A stretch of 64,000 nt of DNA. Origin: Candidatus Saccharimonadota bacterium. Its GTDB lineage: Bacteria; Patescibacteriota; Saccharimonadia; Saccharimonadales; JAQGHD01. Of the stretch, positions 1 to 9,624 are shown in pieces. The notes below the pieces were generated by a model that saw only the letters and a program-made list of their open reading frames with translations, was not told where the DNA came from and searched no databases. The position numbers were made by a program, and so were the translations under genes. The stretch's first letter is position 1; every line of letters starts with the position of its first letter. The stretch is taken from contig JAQGHD010000008.1 in the NCBI GenBank assembly GCA_028288965.1, positions 22,390 through 86,389 of the forward strand, given 5' to 3'.

Positions 1-2
1 AA

Positions 3-527
3 GTTTTGGGTGCGCCAGAGCTGGTACTAACGGATAAAGTTCCAAAACTGACGGTGGCTGAAATTCATGAAAAATACACCAAGGCTACCGGCACCGACAC
101 CACGGCGGAAAAAGACCTTATTCCAGACGAAGAAAAATGGATTTGTGAATACGCTAAAAAAGAGCTTGGATCAGACCTAGTGTATGCCACCAAGTTCCCG
201 GTGAGTGCTATGAAGTTTTATCATCAGGTAAACCCCGATGACCCCACCACTGTATTATGGGGAGATTTATTGTTCCGCGGCCTAGAGATTGCTACGGTTC
301 CCATGCGTGAATTCCATTACGACAAATTGGTTGAACAAATGAAAAAGGCTGGCCTGGATATTAATCACCCGGGCTATAAATATTACCTGCAAGCTTTTAA
401 ATATGGTTTACCACAGCATGGTGGCGCAGGCTATGGCATTGACCGCTTAGTAGAGAAAACGATTGGTCTGGGTAACGTCAAAGAAGCTACCTTGTTCCCG
501 CGCGACATCAACCGCCTGGCTCCATAA
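3..527 (+). CDS. aspS: Class IIb aminoacyl-tRNA synthetase (non-discriminating AspRS/AsnRS type), C-terminal part, truncated by window start
   Basis: Motif 3 region YGLPQHGGAGYGIDRLV...LFPRD; DLLFRGLEI. Confidence 0.75.
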   Translation, partial: VLGAPELVLTDKVPKLTVAEIHEKYTKATGTDTTAEKDLIPDEEKWICEYAKKELGSDLVYATKFPVSAMKFYHQVNPDDPTTVLWGDLLFRGLEIATVPMREFHYDKLVEQMKKAGLDINHPGYKYYLQAFKYGLPQHGGAGYGIDRLVEKTIGLGNVKEATLFPRDINRLAP

Positions 528-572
528 CGCTAACACTTGTCAATAAAATGTGTAGCTAGGTACAATGAACGT

Positions 573-1955
573 ATGTCAGAGCGAATCCTTACGGTGGGGA
601 ATATGGCTCGGGATGATATCATTGCCGAGCATCTAGGCGGCGCGGTTTTAAATGTTATGGCTGGACATTTGCATCCAGGCTTAGTGGAAAAAGTTAACAA
701 GACCGGTGGTCTATTTTATCAAACAACGAATATGAAAAATGGGGAGGTGGCCGCGGCCTTCGCCCAAGATGTTGATGCCACTCTGGCTATTGTGACTGGT
801 GATAATCAATTGGCGGCTAGGGTAGTTGATGCTCTCCAGGTAGCCAATCCTGGTCTGCTGATTGCGGCTCCCAATCGCGCCAGTTTTAAGCCAGAAGCCG
901 ATAAGTTAGAAACGCGCCTTATAAATGAAAAAATCTCTAAGCAACTAAACCACGACTTTAACCCTTTTTATATAGTAGCCAACAATCCCGCAGAAGTAGA
1001 AGAGGCCGCCGCCGAATTTGAGAGGCGGGGGTGGTCTATGGTGGTAAAACCTCGGGCACCAGCTGATGGCCGTGGCGTACAGGTGATGGGCAAGCAAGGA
1101 CATTTCCAAACCTACAGCGCTGGCGCAAAGTACGCCAAAGATGTATTGAAGCTGCCGGGGCAGCCCGGGGTTTTATTCGAAGAAGAATTACTTGGCCCAG
1201 AGTTTAACTTGCAGGGTTGGACCGATGGTCTCAATCTTTTGGCTCCCCCAGTGACGGTAGATTATCCGTATCGACTTGATGGTGATCAAGGTCCAGGCAC
1301 GGGTGGCATGGGCAGTTTTAATTTTGCGCCTGGTGAGCTGCCTGGTTTTCTAAAACCCGAAGATTATCAGCTGGCCATGCTGTATACACGGTGTTTCTTG
1401 CAAGAGATGCGCGACCGAGGTTTGGACTTTAAGGGCGTCATCTATCCCAATTTCAAATTGACCAAAGACGGCATTAAATCCATTGAGAACAACCTACGCC
1501 CTGGTGATCCAGAGTGGATGAATATTGTGACTAGCCTGGAGGCCCGATTGGATCACGTAGAACAGTACAAACGGATTGCTACGGGGCAGTTTCAACCGGA
1601 AAAGATCGGGTGGACTGGCCTAGCCTCAACGGTCATCTATGGGGTGGCTCCTACTTATGCCTTTGAGACCAGAAAGTTTAAACCCCACTACTTTATACTC
1701 AACCCCGATATTTTAACCTACTTCGGTGTTAAAGCTTATTTCTCGGCCGCTGAAAGGGTAACCGAAAACATGTTCGCTACAGTGAGCCAATCGCGGGCCG
1801 TAGCCTTAGTGGCTGCGGGGGATAAACCATGGGAAGCGCGAGCTCGAATCCTGGAGGCTATTATGGCTAGGGGAATGACTGGCGAGCTAGAGTATCGCCT
1901 GCAAATTGGCGAGGAGGCCTATATTGAATCGCTTCAAGACCCGCGCGCTGCCTAA
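573..1955 (+). CDS. purD: Divergent phosphoribosylamine-glycine ligase-like ATP-grasp protein
   Basis: VVKP..ADGRGV, DGDQGPGTGGMGS and LRPGDPE match GARS motifs; start moved to ATG 573. Confidence 0.7.
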   Translation: MSERILTVGNMARDDIIAEHLGGAVLNVMAGHLHPGLVEKVNKTGGLFYQTTNMKNGEVAAAFAQDVDATLAIVTGDNQLAARVVDALQVANPGLLIAAPNRASFKPEADKLETRLINEKISKQLNHDFNPFYIVANNPAEVEEAAAEFERRGWSMVVKPRAPADGRGVQVMGKQGHFQTYSAGAKYAKDVLKLPGQPGVLFEEELLGPEFNLQGWTDGLNLLAPPVTVDYPYRLDGDQGPGTGGMGSFNFAPGELPGFLKPEDYQLAMLYTRCFLQEMRDRGLDFKGVIYPNFKLTKDGIKSIENNLRPGDPEWMNIVTSLEARLDHVEQYKRIATGQFQPEKIGWTGLASTVIYGVAPTYAFETRKFKPHYFILNPDILTYFGVKAYFSAAERVTENMFATVSQSRAVALVAAGDKPWEARARILEAIMARGMTGELEYRLQIGEEAYIESLQDPRAA

Positions 1956-2004
1956 AAAACAATGAAGCTTGACGCGTTAAGTATCAAAGAGTACATTGAT
2001 TTGT

Positions 2005-2991
2005 ATGAGTCTAGCCTTTGAGGTCAAAAATCTAGCTAAACACTACGGCAATGTGAAAGCCCTAGACGGGGTGACGCTGGAGGCTAAAGAAGGCAGCATA
2101 TTTGGGCTGCTTGGCCCCAACGGTGCCGGTAAGACTACCCTAGTCCGAGCCCTCAGCACCTTGCTTGAACCAGATAAAGGCTCAGCCAAAGTGCTAGGCA
2201 TAGATGTTATCAAAAACCCGCAGCGAGTGCGTGAGGTCATTGGTTTGGCCGGACAATTTGCCGCAGTGGATGAGTATCTAACCGGTGAAGAAAATCTATA
2301 TATGGTGGGCCGGCTGTATCACCTGAGTGCGAAAGAAACCAAACAGCGCACCAAAGAATTGCTAGAGCGTTTGAACTTAGCTGACGCCGCCAAACGCCAG
2401 GTCCGCACCTATTCAGGCGGGATGCGCCGCCGCTTAGATCTCGGCGCTTGCCTGGTGGGCCGGCCCAAAATTTTATTTTTAGATGAGCCAACCACCGGCT
2501 TGGATCCGCGTACTCGCTTGGATTTATGGGAAATTATTCGTGATTTAGTGTCGCAGGGCACCAGCATTTTGCTCACCACTCAGTATCTGGAAGAAGCTGA
2601 CGTACTGGCCGATAAAATTGCTGTGATTGACCGGGGTAAGGTGATTGCCGAAGGTACATCGGCCAAACTAAAGGCGATGTTGGGTGGTGACGTTATTGAA
2701 ATCCAGCTGGAGAGCGAGCGCGATCGCCAAAAAGCCGAACAAGCCATAAAGGGCATCGCCAAAAAGGCTTCCAGCTACGATGAAGCCACCAAAACCCTAA
2801 CTATCCCTGTTGGTAGCGATGGCTCCAAGAGTTTAGCCGAAGTGGTGCGCAGCCTAGACAGAGCCAAGGTGCCAATTCATGCTCTGGCCTTGCACCAACC
2901 GTCCCTTGATGACGTGTTCTTAACGCTGACTGGTGCCAAAGCTTCCGAGGTAGCGACCGATGCCAAGCCTAAAAGAAAGCGAGCCGCCTGA
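2005..2991 (+). CDS. ABC-2 exporter ATP-binding subunit (DrrA-like)
   Basis: Walker A GPNGAGKT, YSGGMRRRLD signature, LFLDEPTTGLDP. Confidence 0.95.
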   Translation: MSLAFEVKNLAKHYGNVKALDGVTLEAKEGSIFGLLGPNGAGKTTLVRALSTLLEPDKGSAKVLGIDVIKNPQRVREVIGLAGQFAAVDEYLTGEENLYMVGRLYHLSAKETKQRTKELLERLNLADAAKRQVRTYSGGMRRRLDLGACLVGRPKILFLDEPTTGLDPRTRLDLWEIIRDLVSQGTSILLTTQYLEEADVLADKIAVIDRGKVIAEGTSAKLKAMLGGDVIEIQLESERDRQKAEQAIKGIAKKASSYDEATKTLTIPVGSDGSKSLAEVVRSLDRAKVPIHALALHQPSLDDVFLTLTGAKASEVATDAKPKRKRAA

Positions 2992-2992
2992 A

Positions 2993-3781
2993 ATGACTCT
3001 AACAAAAAAACTGAGCTATGAATTCAGCGACACCTGGGCAGTGGCCAAGCGTAATTTGCTGCGCTACACTCGCCTGCCGCAGCTGGTGTTTTTCTCAGCC
3101 ATTCAGCCGATTATTTTCTTAACACTGTTCAACTTTGTTTTTGGCGGGGCGCTGGGCAAATCCGGGGCGGCTCTGCATGGTAAGTACATCAATTACCTAC
3201 TGCCGGGCATTATGGTGCAGGTTACCCTGTTTGGCGGCCTGCAAACCGGCATAGGCTTGGCCCGTGATATTAACAGTGGCATACTGGACCGCTTCCGCAG
3301 CCTGCCGATGAGCCGCGCTGCCGTACTAGCCGGCCGCACTTTTGCCGATACGTTGCGCAATGTGGTGGTGATTGCCATTATGCTGGCCTATGGTTCAATC
3401 TTAGGTTTTCGCTTTACTAATGGCTTTTTCCCAGCCGTGGGCATGGTCTTAATCTTACTGTTGTTTGGCTACGCTTTTTCGTGGTTCTCGGCTTTTATTG
3501 GCATGGCTGTTAAGGATGAAGAAACGGCGCAGTTGGCGGGCTTTGTATTAGTCTTTCCACTGGTGTTTGCCAGTGCGGCTTTTGTACCGGTCCAAAGTAT
3601 GGCCACTTGGCTGCAGCACTTTGCTAATAATCAGCCGATTACGTTTGCTGCCAATGGAGCGCGTGAACTAGCTCTCGGTATTCCCAGTCATGGAGCGGTC
3701 TGGAAACTATTGGCCTGGGTGGTAGGCCTGCTGGTCGTGTTTGTGCCCCTGTCTATCTGGCGCTACAAAAAGAGCGTCTAA
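2993..3781 (+). CDS. ABC-2 type permease (DrrB-like)
   Basis: About 6 hydrophobic segments, DRFRSLPMSR motif, directly follows the ATPase. Confidence 0.9.
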   Translation: MTLTKKLSYEFSDTWAVAKRNLLRYTRLPQLVFFSAIQPIIFLTLFNFVFGGALGKSGAALHGKYINYLLPGIMVQVTLFGGLQTGIGLARDINSGILDRFRSLPMSRAAVLAGRTFADTLRNVVVIAIMLAYGSILGFRFTNGFFPAVGMVLILLLFGYAFSWFSAFIGMAVKDEETAQLAGFVLVFPLVFASAAFVPVQSMATWLQHFANNQPITFAANGARELALGIPSHGAVWKLLAWVVGLLVVFVPLSIWRYKKSV

Positions 3782-4020
3782 AGTTCTGGAAGTGTTTGGG
3801 TAGTCCGCGACTCGTGCATGGAAACACTGCCGATAGTTCTCGGGGTGTGGGTACGATGGCGACTTAATGGCGACTCGTTGCCAATAGGCATTCGGGACCC
3901 GACTTCAATGGGCGTCGGATCATCGTGTTTGGGTAGCGTTGACTCATAATTTTGGTAGGCTGCCAATGCCTCATCTATTGACCGTATAACATCTGTTTCT
4001 GTTGATTTCTCTCCTAACAT
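3778..4020 (-). CDS. Hypothetical protein
   Basis: ORF with AAGGAG SD 7 nt upstream of ATG 4020. Confidence 0.5.
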   Translation of the reverse strand: MLGEKSTETDVIRSIDEALAAYQNYESTLPKHDDPTPIEVGSRMPIGNESPLSRHRTHTPRTIGSVSMHESRTTQTLPEL

Positions 4021-4194
4021 GCCCAATCTCCTTATATTTAAAAGCCTCCCCTTTGTGAGGTGGGGGAGGCGCTTTGCTTTTTTGCTTTTTGTCGCTATTT
4101 TTCTAGCAAACCTAAAGCATCCTCCCCTTTTTGCATGAGAGCAATGTGCACATTTGTTTTATTGTTTACCCGTGCATAGGTTGCCATGCATTTC

Positions 4195-4223
4195 AGGTTA
4201 CGCTTATCGGACTAGCGCGTCAA
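4195..4223 (-). promoter_or_regulatory. Sigma70-like promoter TTGACG-N17-TAACCT
   Basis: Reverse complement of 4195-4223, 17-nt spacer. Confidence 0.5.
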
Positions 4224-4285
4224 CCCATTTATACACAAGCTGACCTAAATGTGATGTAATATAGCTATAAATTTAAGGTGGAACT

Positions 4286-4837
4286 ATGGATGAATCGCGA
4301 GAAGGTCTACCCTCACCCGAAATCGAATCGGAAAGCGAAAGCCTTCGCTGGGTAGAATTGACGCGCGAAAGGGCTCAATTGTATTTCTTGCTGGGCTATG
4401 TAAATAGGTCCAAGCTTGGCCAACATTACGAATCACTGGAGGGCGAATTTAGTAACTATACTGACTTCTGTAATGATCTAGATGAGCCGCGTGACCCAAA
4501 TAGGCGGCGATTTGTTATTATTGACGATAAGCGCAAAGGCGATGTCATTGGTGGCGGAAACATTCGGCTGACAGAGGAGGACTCGCAAACTGCATCAATT
4601 GATATCTGGTTAGCCGCCCATATTCCGTTTGTTAAGAAAGGCGTGCCAGTGCTAAGAGTAGCCTGCCAGTACGCCACCGAACAACTAGGCGTCACCAAGC
4701 TATACGCTGACATAAAAAGCATCAATAGACTTTACTGCAAAATTTATAAAGACGCTGGCTTTTCCCAAGATGAAGAAGCGGACTCTATTTATCAATTTGT
4801 GTTTATCCTGGATGCTCCTACTTTACCGCCTGGTTAG
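4286..4837 (+). CDS. GNAT family (RimL-like) acetyltransferase-like protein
   Basis: VIGGGNI...IDIWL...KG...N...Y.DAGF pattern. Confidence 0.6.
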   Translation: MDESREGLPSPEIESESESLRWVELTRERAQLYFLLGYVNRSKLGQHYESLEGEFSNYTDFCNDLDEPRDPNRRRFVIIDDKRKGDVIGGGNIRLTEEDSQTASIDIWLAAHIPFVKKGVPVLRVACQYATEQLGVTKLYADIKSINRLYCKIYKDAGFSQDEEADSIYQFVFILDAPTLPPG

Positions 4838-4887
4838 GCCCTGAAAATCAGGCCTTTTTCTGCTACACTTAAGCGTAAGCAGGAATT

Positions 4888-6813
4888 ATGAAACATAAAG
4901 CTGAAGATAATGCTCACTTTGATAAAGAGGCCGAGCTGACCGAGAAGGTCGAAAAATTATTGGGCCCCACGCCAGAAAAAGCGCCGGCCAAAAGCATTGC
5001 CATCAATCATATTACCGACGGGGACTCTGCGCCCGGTGCACCGGCCGTTGGTACAGATAGCCCTGAGCCTGCTCCCGCAGCTCAGCCGGTTGAGGTGCCG
5101 CCAAAAGACCAGACCAAAACTGATGAAGATCAAGCTATTGATGACATAGCAGCCAAAGATGCCGATGAGCTGCTGGAGGCCGAGGATAAAGAAAAACAAG
5201 AAGTCGAAAAAGCTTTTGATGGTAAAAAGAAAGATTTCAAGACCAAGCTAAAGGATTTTTTCTCCAACTGGTGGAATAATCCCAAATATCGTTGGGCTAC
5301 CATTGCCGCCCTGGCCTTACTGATAATAACCGTCCTTGGCTTGCCGTGGAGCCGCTACTTTGTTTTGAATACCGCCGGTGTACGCAGTAGTGCGTCGATC
5401 ATAATCCTGGACGATTCAACCAAGCTGCCGCTTAAGAATGTCAGCGTCACCTTTGGCAAGCAAAGCGCTTTAACCGACAGTGATGGTAAGGCTACGCTCA
5501 CGCACCTACGGCTTGGAAGCCAACAAGGCACTATACAAAAGCGGGCCTTTGCTCCGATTAGTAAAAAAGTAATAGTTGGCTGGGGCAGCAATCCGCTGGG
5601 CAATCTGAGCTTGACTCCAGTTGGTGCCCAATACGCTTTTCTAGTAACTGATTGGCTGTCTGGCAAGCCGATTGAGGGAGCCGAGGCCAGCGCCAACGAA
5701 GCTAACGCCTTGTCTGACAAAAACGGCAAGATTCTGCTGACCCTGGATAAAAATGATGCTTCTGATGCAACGGTCAACATCAAAGCCGATACCTATCGAG
5801 ACGAACAGGCGCATATTTCTGCCAGCACTACCGGACAGCAAGCTGTCAAGATGGTGTCGGGTCACAAACACGCTTTTGTATCCAAGCGCTCCGGTAAATA
5901 CGATGTTTATAAAATTGATGCCGATGGTCAGCACGAAGAGGTAGCTTTAGCGGGTACCGGTTTAGAGCGTAATGACATTACTTTAATTGCTAACCCCAAT
6001 GCTAACGTTGCCGCCCTGGTCTCGACTCGTGACAATGTTCGCAACAAAGACGGCTACTTGTTAAGTACCCTAACCATGATCAATTTAGATGATAATCAAA
6101 CCACACGCGTGGTACAGTCCGAGCGCATTCAGTTGGTCAACTGGGTTGGCGATAAACTGGTCTATGCACAGATTGCTGCCAGTGCTAGTGCGGCTAACCC
6201 GCATCGGTACCGCTTGGTGGCCTACGACTACAAAAAGCCTGAGGCCAAGGAACTGGCGGCTAGCAATTACTTCAATGATGTCATGGTACTGGGCGGTAAT
6301 GTTTATTACGCTCCGTCTTCTTCGTACGGAAACATGCCGCACGAGAATTTCTACAAAATTAATACCGATGGCACGGGCAAACAAACAATTTTGGATCAAG
6401 AAGTCTGGAACATCTTTAGGGCTGACTACGACAAACTGGTGCTGTCTATGGATAATGCTTGGTACGAATACAAACTCAACGGCAAACCAACCAAATTAGC
6501 TGGCGAACCGGCCAGTACCCAAAACCGGGTCTACGTCGATAGTCCAGATGGTAAGTACAGTGTCTGGATAGATACTCGCGACGGCAAAGGTGTGCTAATT
6601 CTCTATGACACAAAAAGCAAAACCGAAAAAGTTATTCGCAGCCAAAGCGGTTTGCGTAATCCAATTCACTGGCTAAGTAATAACACCTTGGTTTACCGTA
6701 TTAATACTGATCAAGAAACAGCTGATTACGTCCTTAATATAGATGGCGGCGAGCCGCACAAGATTAAAGATGTGACCAATACCACTGGCATTGATCAGTG
6801 GTATTACTACTAA
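4888..6813 (+). CDS. Membrane-anchored surface protein with Ig-like repeats and a TolB-like beta-propeller
   Basis: Acidic disordered N-terminus, single TM, TDSDG/SDKNG repeats, FVSKRSGKYDVYKIDADG and SPDGKY motifs. Confidence 0.7.
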   Translation: MKHKAEDNAHFDKEAELTEKVEKLLGPTPEKAPAKSIAINHITDGDSAPGAPAVGTDSPEPAPAAQPVEVPPKDQTKTDEDQAIDDIAAKDADELLEAEDKEKQEVEKAFDGKKKDFKTKLKDFFSNWWNNPKYRWATIAALALLIITVLGLPWSRYFVLNTAGVRSSASIIILDDSTKLPLKNVSVTFGKQSALTDSDGKATLTHLRLGSQQGTIQKRAFAPISKKVIVGWGSNPLGNLSLTPVGAQYAFLVTDWLSGKPIEGAEASANEANALSDKNGKILLTLDKNDASDATVNIKADTYRDEQAHISASTTGQQAVKMVSGHKHAFVSKRSGKYDVYKIDADGQHEEVALAGTGLERNDITLIANPNANVAALVSTRDNVRNKDGYLLSTLTMINLDDNQTTRVVQSERIQLVNWVGDKLVYAQIAASASAANPHRYRLVAYDYKKPEAKELAASNYFNDVMVLGGNVYYAPSSSYGNMPHENFYKINTDGTGKQTILDQEVWNIFRADYDKLVLSMDNAWYEYKLNGKPTKLAGEPASTQNRVYVDSPDGKYSVWIDTRDGKGVLILYDTKSKTEKVIRSQSGLRNPIHWLSNNTLVYRINTDQETADYVLNIDGGEPHKIKDVTNTTGIDQWYYY

Positions 6814-6967
6814 CTTTTGAGAGGTGAGTATCGCCTCTGCGGGCTACTGCAGACCTAAATCTTGCTCATGCTCGTAGCTTGAGTGGTTAGCCAGAAAAAG
6901 TCACTTTGCCGGCTCATAACTGAGGAGTCGGGGACTGTTTGCACAAACATGTCTTATACTAAATGCT

Positions 6968-7201
6968 ATGTGGCAAGAAAAAGATAAAGCGTTGGTGCGG
7001 GAATTTAAGTTTGCTGACTTTAAGTCGGCTCTTGGATTTGTAAACAAAGTAGGCGAGCTGGCTGAGGCCGCTAATCATCATCCTGATATTCAACTGGGTT
7101 GGGGTAAGGTAGTGATAACGCTGACAACGCATAGTGAGGGTGGGGTAACCGATAAAGACAGGCAATTAGCGGAGAAGATTGATGGCCTCTGGCAAGCATA
7201 A
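6968..7201 (+). CDS. phhB: Pterin-4-alpha-carbinolamine dehydratase
   Basis: AEAANHHPDI...LTTHSEGGVTDKD signature. Confidence 0.9.
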   Translation: MWQEKDKALVREFKFADFKSALGFVNKVGELAEAANHHPDIQLGWGKVVITLTTHSEGGVTDKDRQLAEKIDGLWQA

Positions 7202-7406
7202 ATGGTTTATGAAAGTTCGCGGATCGTACCTGCCTAGTAGCGCTGTTGGCTGGCTAACATATATTCCATACACGGCCTATCTTGTAGGTGTTTTGGTGTT
7301 TGTGCTGAACCAATCATATAGCTTCTGGCACGGCTTGTTTATTGTTTTGCCTAACTGGATTGCCGCCGTGGCGGTCATGAATTACCTAGCTGCTCGCAAA
7401 TCATAA
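7182..7406 (+). CDS. Small membrane protein
   Basis: Two hydrophobic segments; overlaps the upstream stop. Confidence 0.65.
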   Translation: MASGKHKWFMKVRGSYLPSSAVGWLTYIPYTAYLVGVLVFVLNQSYSFWHGLFIVLPNWIAAVAVMNYLAARKS

Positions 7407-7409
7407 TCT

Positions 7410-8279
7410 ATGGTCAGTATGACTGCATTCCAAAAAACGGTTTGGGAATATTACGGCGCGCATGGTCGAGATTTGCCGTGGCGCCACCCCGAACCAGGGG
7501 GCAACTTTGAGGCATATAAAATAATAGTGAGCGAGATCATGCTCCAGCAAACGCAAGTCAGTAGGGTTGTCCCAAAATATCACCAATTCTTGGAGCGCTT
7601 TCCAAATGTCGGCACACTAGCTCGAGCCACGCTTGGCGATGTATTAAAAGTCTGGAGCGGCTTGGGCTACAACCGGCGAGCCAAGTTTTTGCACATGGCA
7701 GCTAAAAGTTTAGCCACCATGCCAGAGCCATGGCCCGCCGAAGAACTGATTAAATTGCCGGGTATTGGCAAAAACACTGCTGGCGCGGTCACGGTTTATG
7801 CCTACAATCAACCAGCGGTGTTTGTAGAAACAAACATCCGCACCGTGTTCATCCATCATTTTTTTAAGGACTATCCTCAAGTGAGTGATTCGCAAATACT
7901 TGAATATGTGCTCAAAACCTTGCCACTACAAGAAGAGCAGCCCGGGCAGCGGATTCATTCCGCTCTGGGCGCGATGAAAAACCCGCCCGGGGTTTCTGGC
8001 TACCGGGAGTGGTACTGGGCGCTGATGGACTACGGGGCTTACCTTAAGGCAACCGTTGGCACGTATAGCCAGGTGGCCAAAGCATTTACTAAGCAATCGA
8101 GTTTTGTTGGATCCAAGCGGCAACTACGCGGCCAAGTAATTAAACTATTAACCGAGCAAGCTATCGACACCACTCGTCTCGTAGAGCTATTACCAGACAC
8201 TCGTCTCCAACAAGTACTGGCCGAGCTGGAGGCCGAAGGGTTTGTCAGGCGCAAAAACCAGCAGTATAGCCTCACGTAG
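7410..8279 (+). CDS. mutY: A/G-specific adenine glycosylase, short form lacking the Fe-S cysteines and the MutT-like domain
   Basis: RDLPWR, VSEIMLQQTQV, WSGLGYNRRA, HhH LPGIGKNTA, ALMDYG. Confidence 0.9.
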   Translation: MVSMTAFQKTVWEYYGAHGRDLPWRHPEPGGNFEAYKIIVSEIMLQQTQVSRVVPKYHQFLERFPNVGTLARATLGDVLKVWSGLGYNRRAKFLHMAAKSLATMPEPWPAEELIKLPGIGKNTAGAVTVYAYNQPAVFVETNIRTVFIHHFFKDYPQVSDSQILEYVLKTLPLQEEQPGQRIHSALGAMKNPPGVSGYREWYWALMDYGAYLKATVGTYSQVAKAFTKQSSFVGSKRQLRGQVIKLLTEQAIDTTRLVELLPDTRLQQVLAELEAEGFVRRKNQQYSLT

Positions 8280-8317
8280 CTTATGCTAAAATATTTCTCA
8301 GAGGGAACTTTATTGTC

Positions 8318-8986
8318 ATGACACGAAATCGAATAAAAATGATACTGAGCGCCAGCCTACTGGCACCATTGCTGTTTATTGGCAGTGCGGCAGCGCTTGA
8401 ATCAAGTACTAATCCAAATACTGGCTCGTCTGATGCGAGCCATACCCCTGTGGTGCCCCCCACAACTGATAAGAAAACTCTAGATCAACGCATTGCCGAG
8501 CGGGAAACTCAGTTTAAAACCACGCTGCAAGTGACCGAAAAAGCTCGCATTGAACTTAAGTGTACCGGAGCGCAAACTTTCTTAAAGACTATTGATACTC
8601 GAGCTGGCGAGATTGAGACCAATCGTACCAAGGCCTATAGTGGGCTGCAATCTAAACTGACAGACCTCGTTGCTAAACTTAAGGCTCAAAACATCGATAC
8701 CACCAAACTGGAGTCCGAGCTGACTGCGCTCAAGATCAAGGTTACTACCTTTAACACTGATCTGGCGGCCTACAAACAAGCCCTGAATGATCTTTCAACT
8801 ATGAGCTGTAAAACTAATCCAACTGGCTTCAAGGCCTCGCTCGAGAGTGCCCGGGCCGCCCGAGTTAAGGTGGCTGACGACGCCGCTGCTATTCACGGCT
8901 ATGTAAAAGATACTATTAAGCCGACCCTGACTGATGTTCGTAAGGCCTTAGAGGACAAAAAGGCTGCAGAGGGGAGTAATCAATAA
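8318..8986 (+). CDS. Secreted alpha-helical/coiled-coil protein
   Basis: Signal peptide ending AAA; heptad-rich body with two Cys. Confidence 0.7.
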   Translation: MTRNRIKMILSASLLAPLLFIGSAAALESSTNPNTGSSDASHTPVVPPTTDKKTLDQRIAERETQFKTTLQVTEKARIELKCTGAQTFLKTIDTRAGEIETNRTKAYSGLQSKLTDLVAKLKAQNIDTTKLESELTALKIKVTTFNTDLAAYKQALNDLSTMSCKTNPTGFKASLESARAARVKVADDAAAIHGYVKDTIKPTLTDVRKALEDKKAAEGSNQ

Positions 8987-9624
8987 TGGACCCCATGCTT
9001 CACAACTCAGCTACGCCTACTGACCAACCAGATGCTCAGGCACCCCTTGAACTGACACCTCCTGTGCCAACTCAAGCAGAAGTTTCCACAGCAGTTGAAC
9101 CCGCGGTTTCCGTTGAGCCTACAACTCCGGTTGAACCCCCAGCACCAGTTGCTGAACCCTCTGACGTAGGAGCGCCAGTTGAAAATACTTTATCCCCAGA
9201 GCCCCAAACACCGGCCGCCGAGCCATTAGCTCCACCACCGGATGCCGTTGTTCCGGCGCCGACAACCGACGTCTCAGCACTAGCTGATCAACCTGCGCAT
9301 GACGCTGATCACGCTGATACACCACCAGCCTTGCCAAAACACGGCGGTACGCCGGTAGCAGCGGTTGTGGTGGCTATCATCATCGCTCTAGTACTAGCAG
9401 CACTCACCATCTTTGCCTACCTAAAAAACAAGAGTACCACTACCACCAAAACCCCCAATGCACCATCTGCGGCCCAAAGTACTACTACCGCTCAAGCCAC
9501 GCCCAAAGCGACCACAGCCGACGTTGATCAAACCAGTAGCACGCTGGATAGCACCCTCAGCAGCTTAGATGACACCAAGGATTTTGCAGCCGCTAGCCTG
9601 ACCGACACCTCCCTCGGCTTGTAA
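8986..9624 (+). CDS. Pro/Thr-rich single-pass membrane protein
   Basis: Low-complexity N-terminus, one TM, TAATG coupling to the upstream gene. Confidence 0.7.
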   Translation: MDPMLHNSATPTDQPDAQAPLELTPPVPTQAEVSTAVEPAVSVEPTTPVEPPAPVAEPSDVGAPVENTLSPEPQTPAAEPLAPPPDAVVPAPTTDVSALADQPAHDADHADTPPALPKHGGTPVAAVVVAIIIALVLAALTIFAYLKNKSTTTTKTPNAPSAAQSTTTAQATPKATTADVDQTSSTLDSTLSSLDDTKDFAAASLTDTSLGL

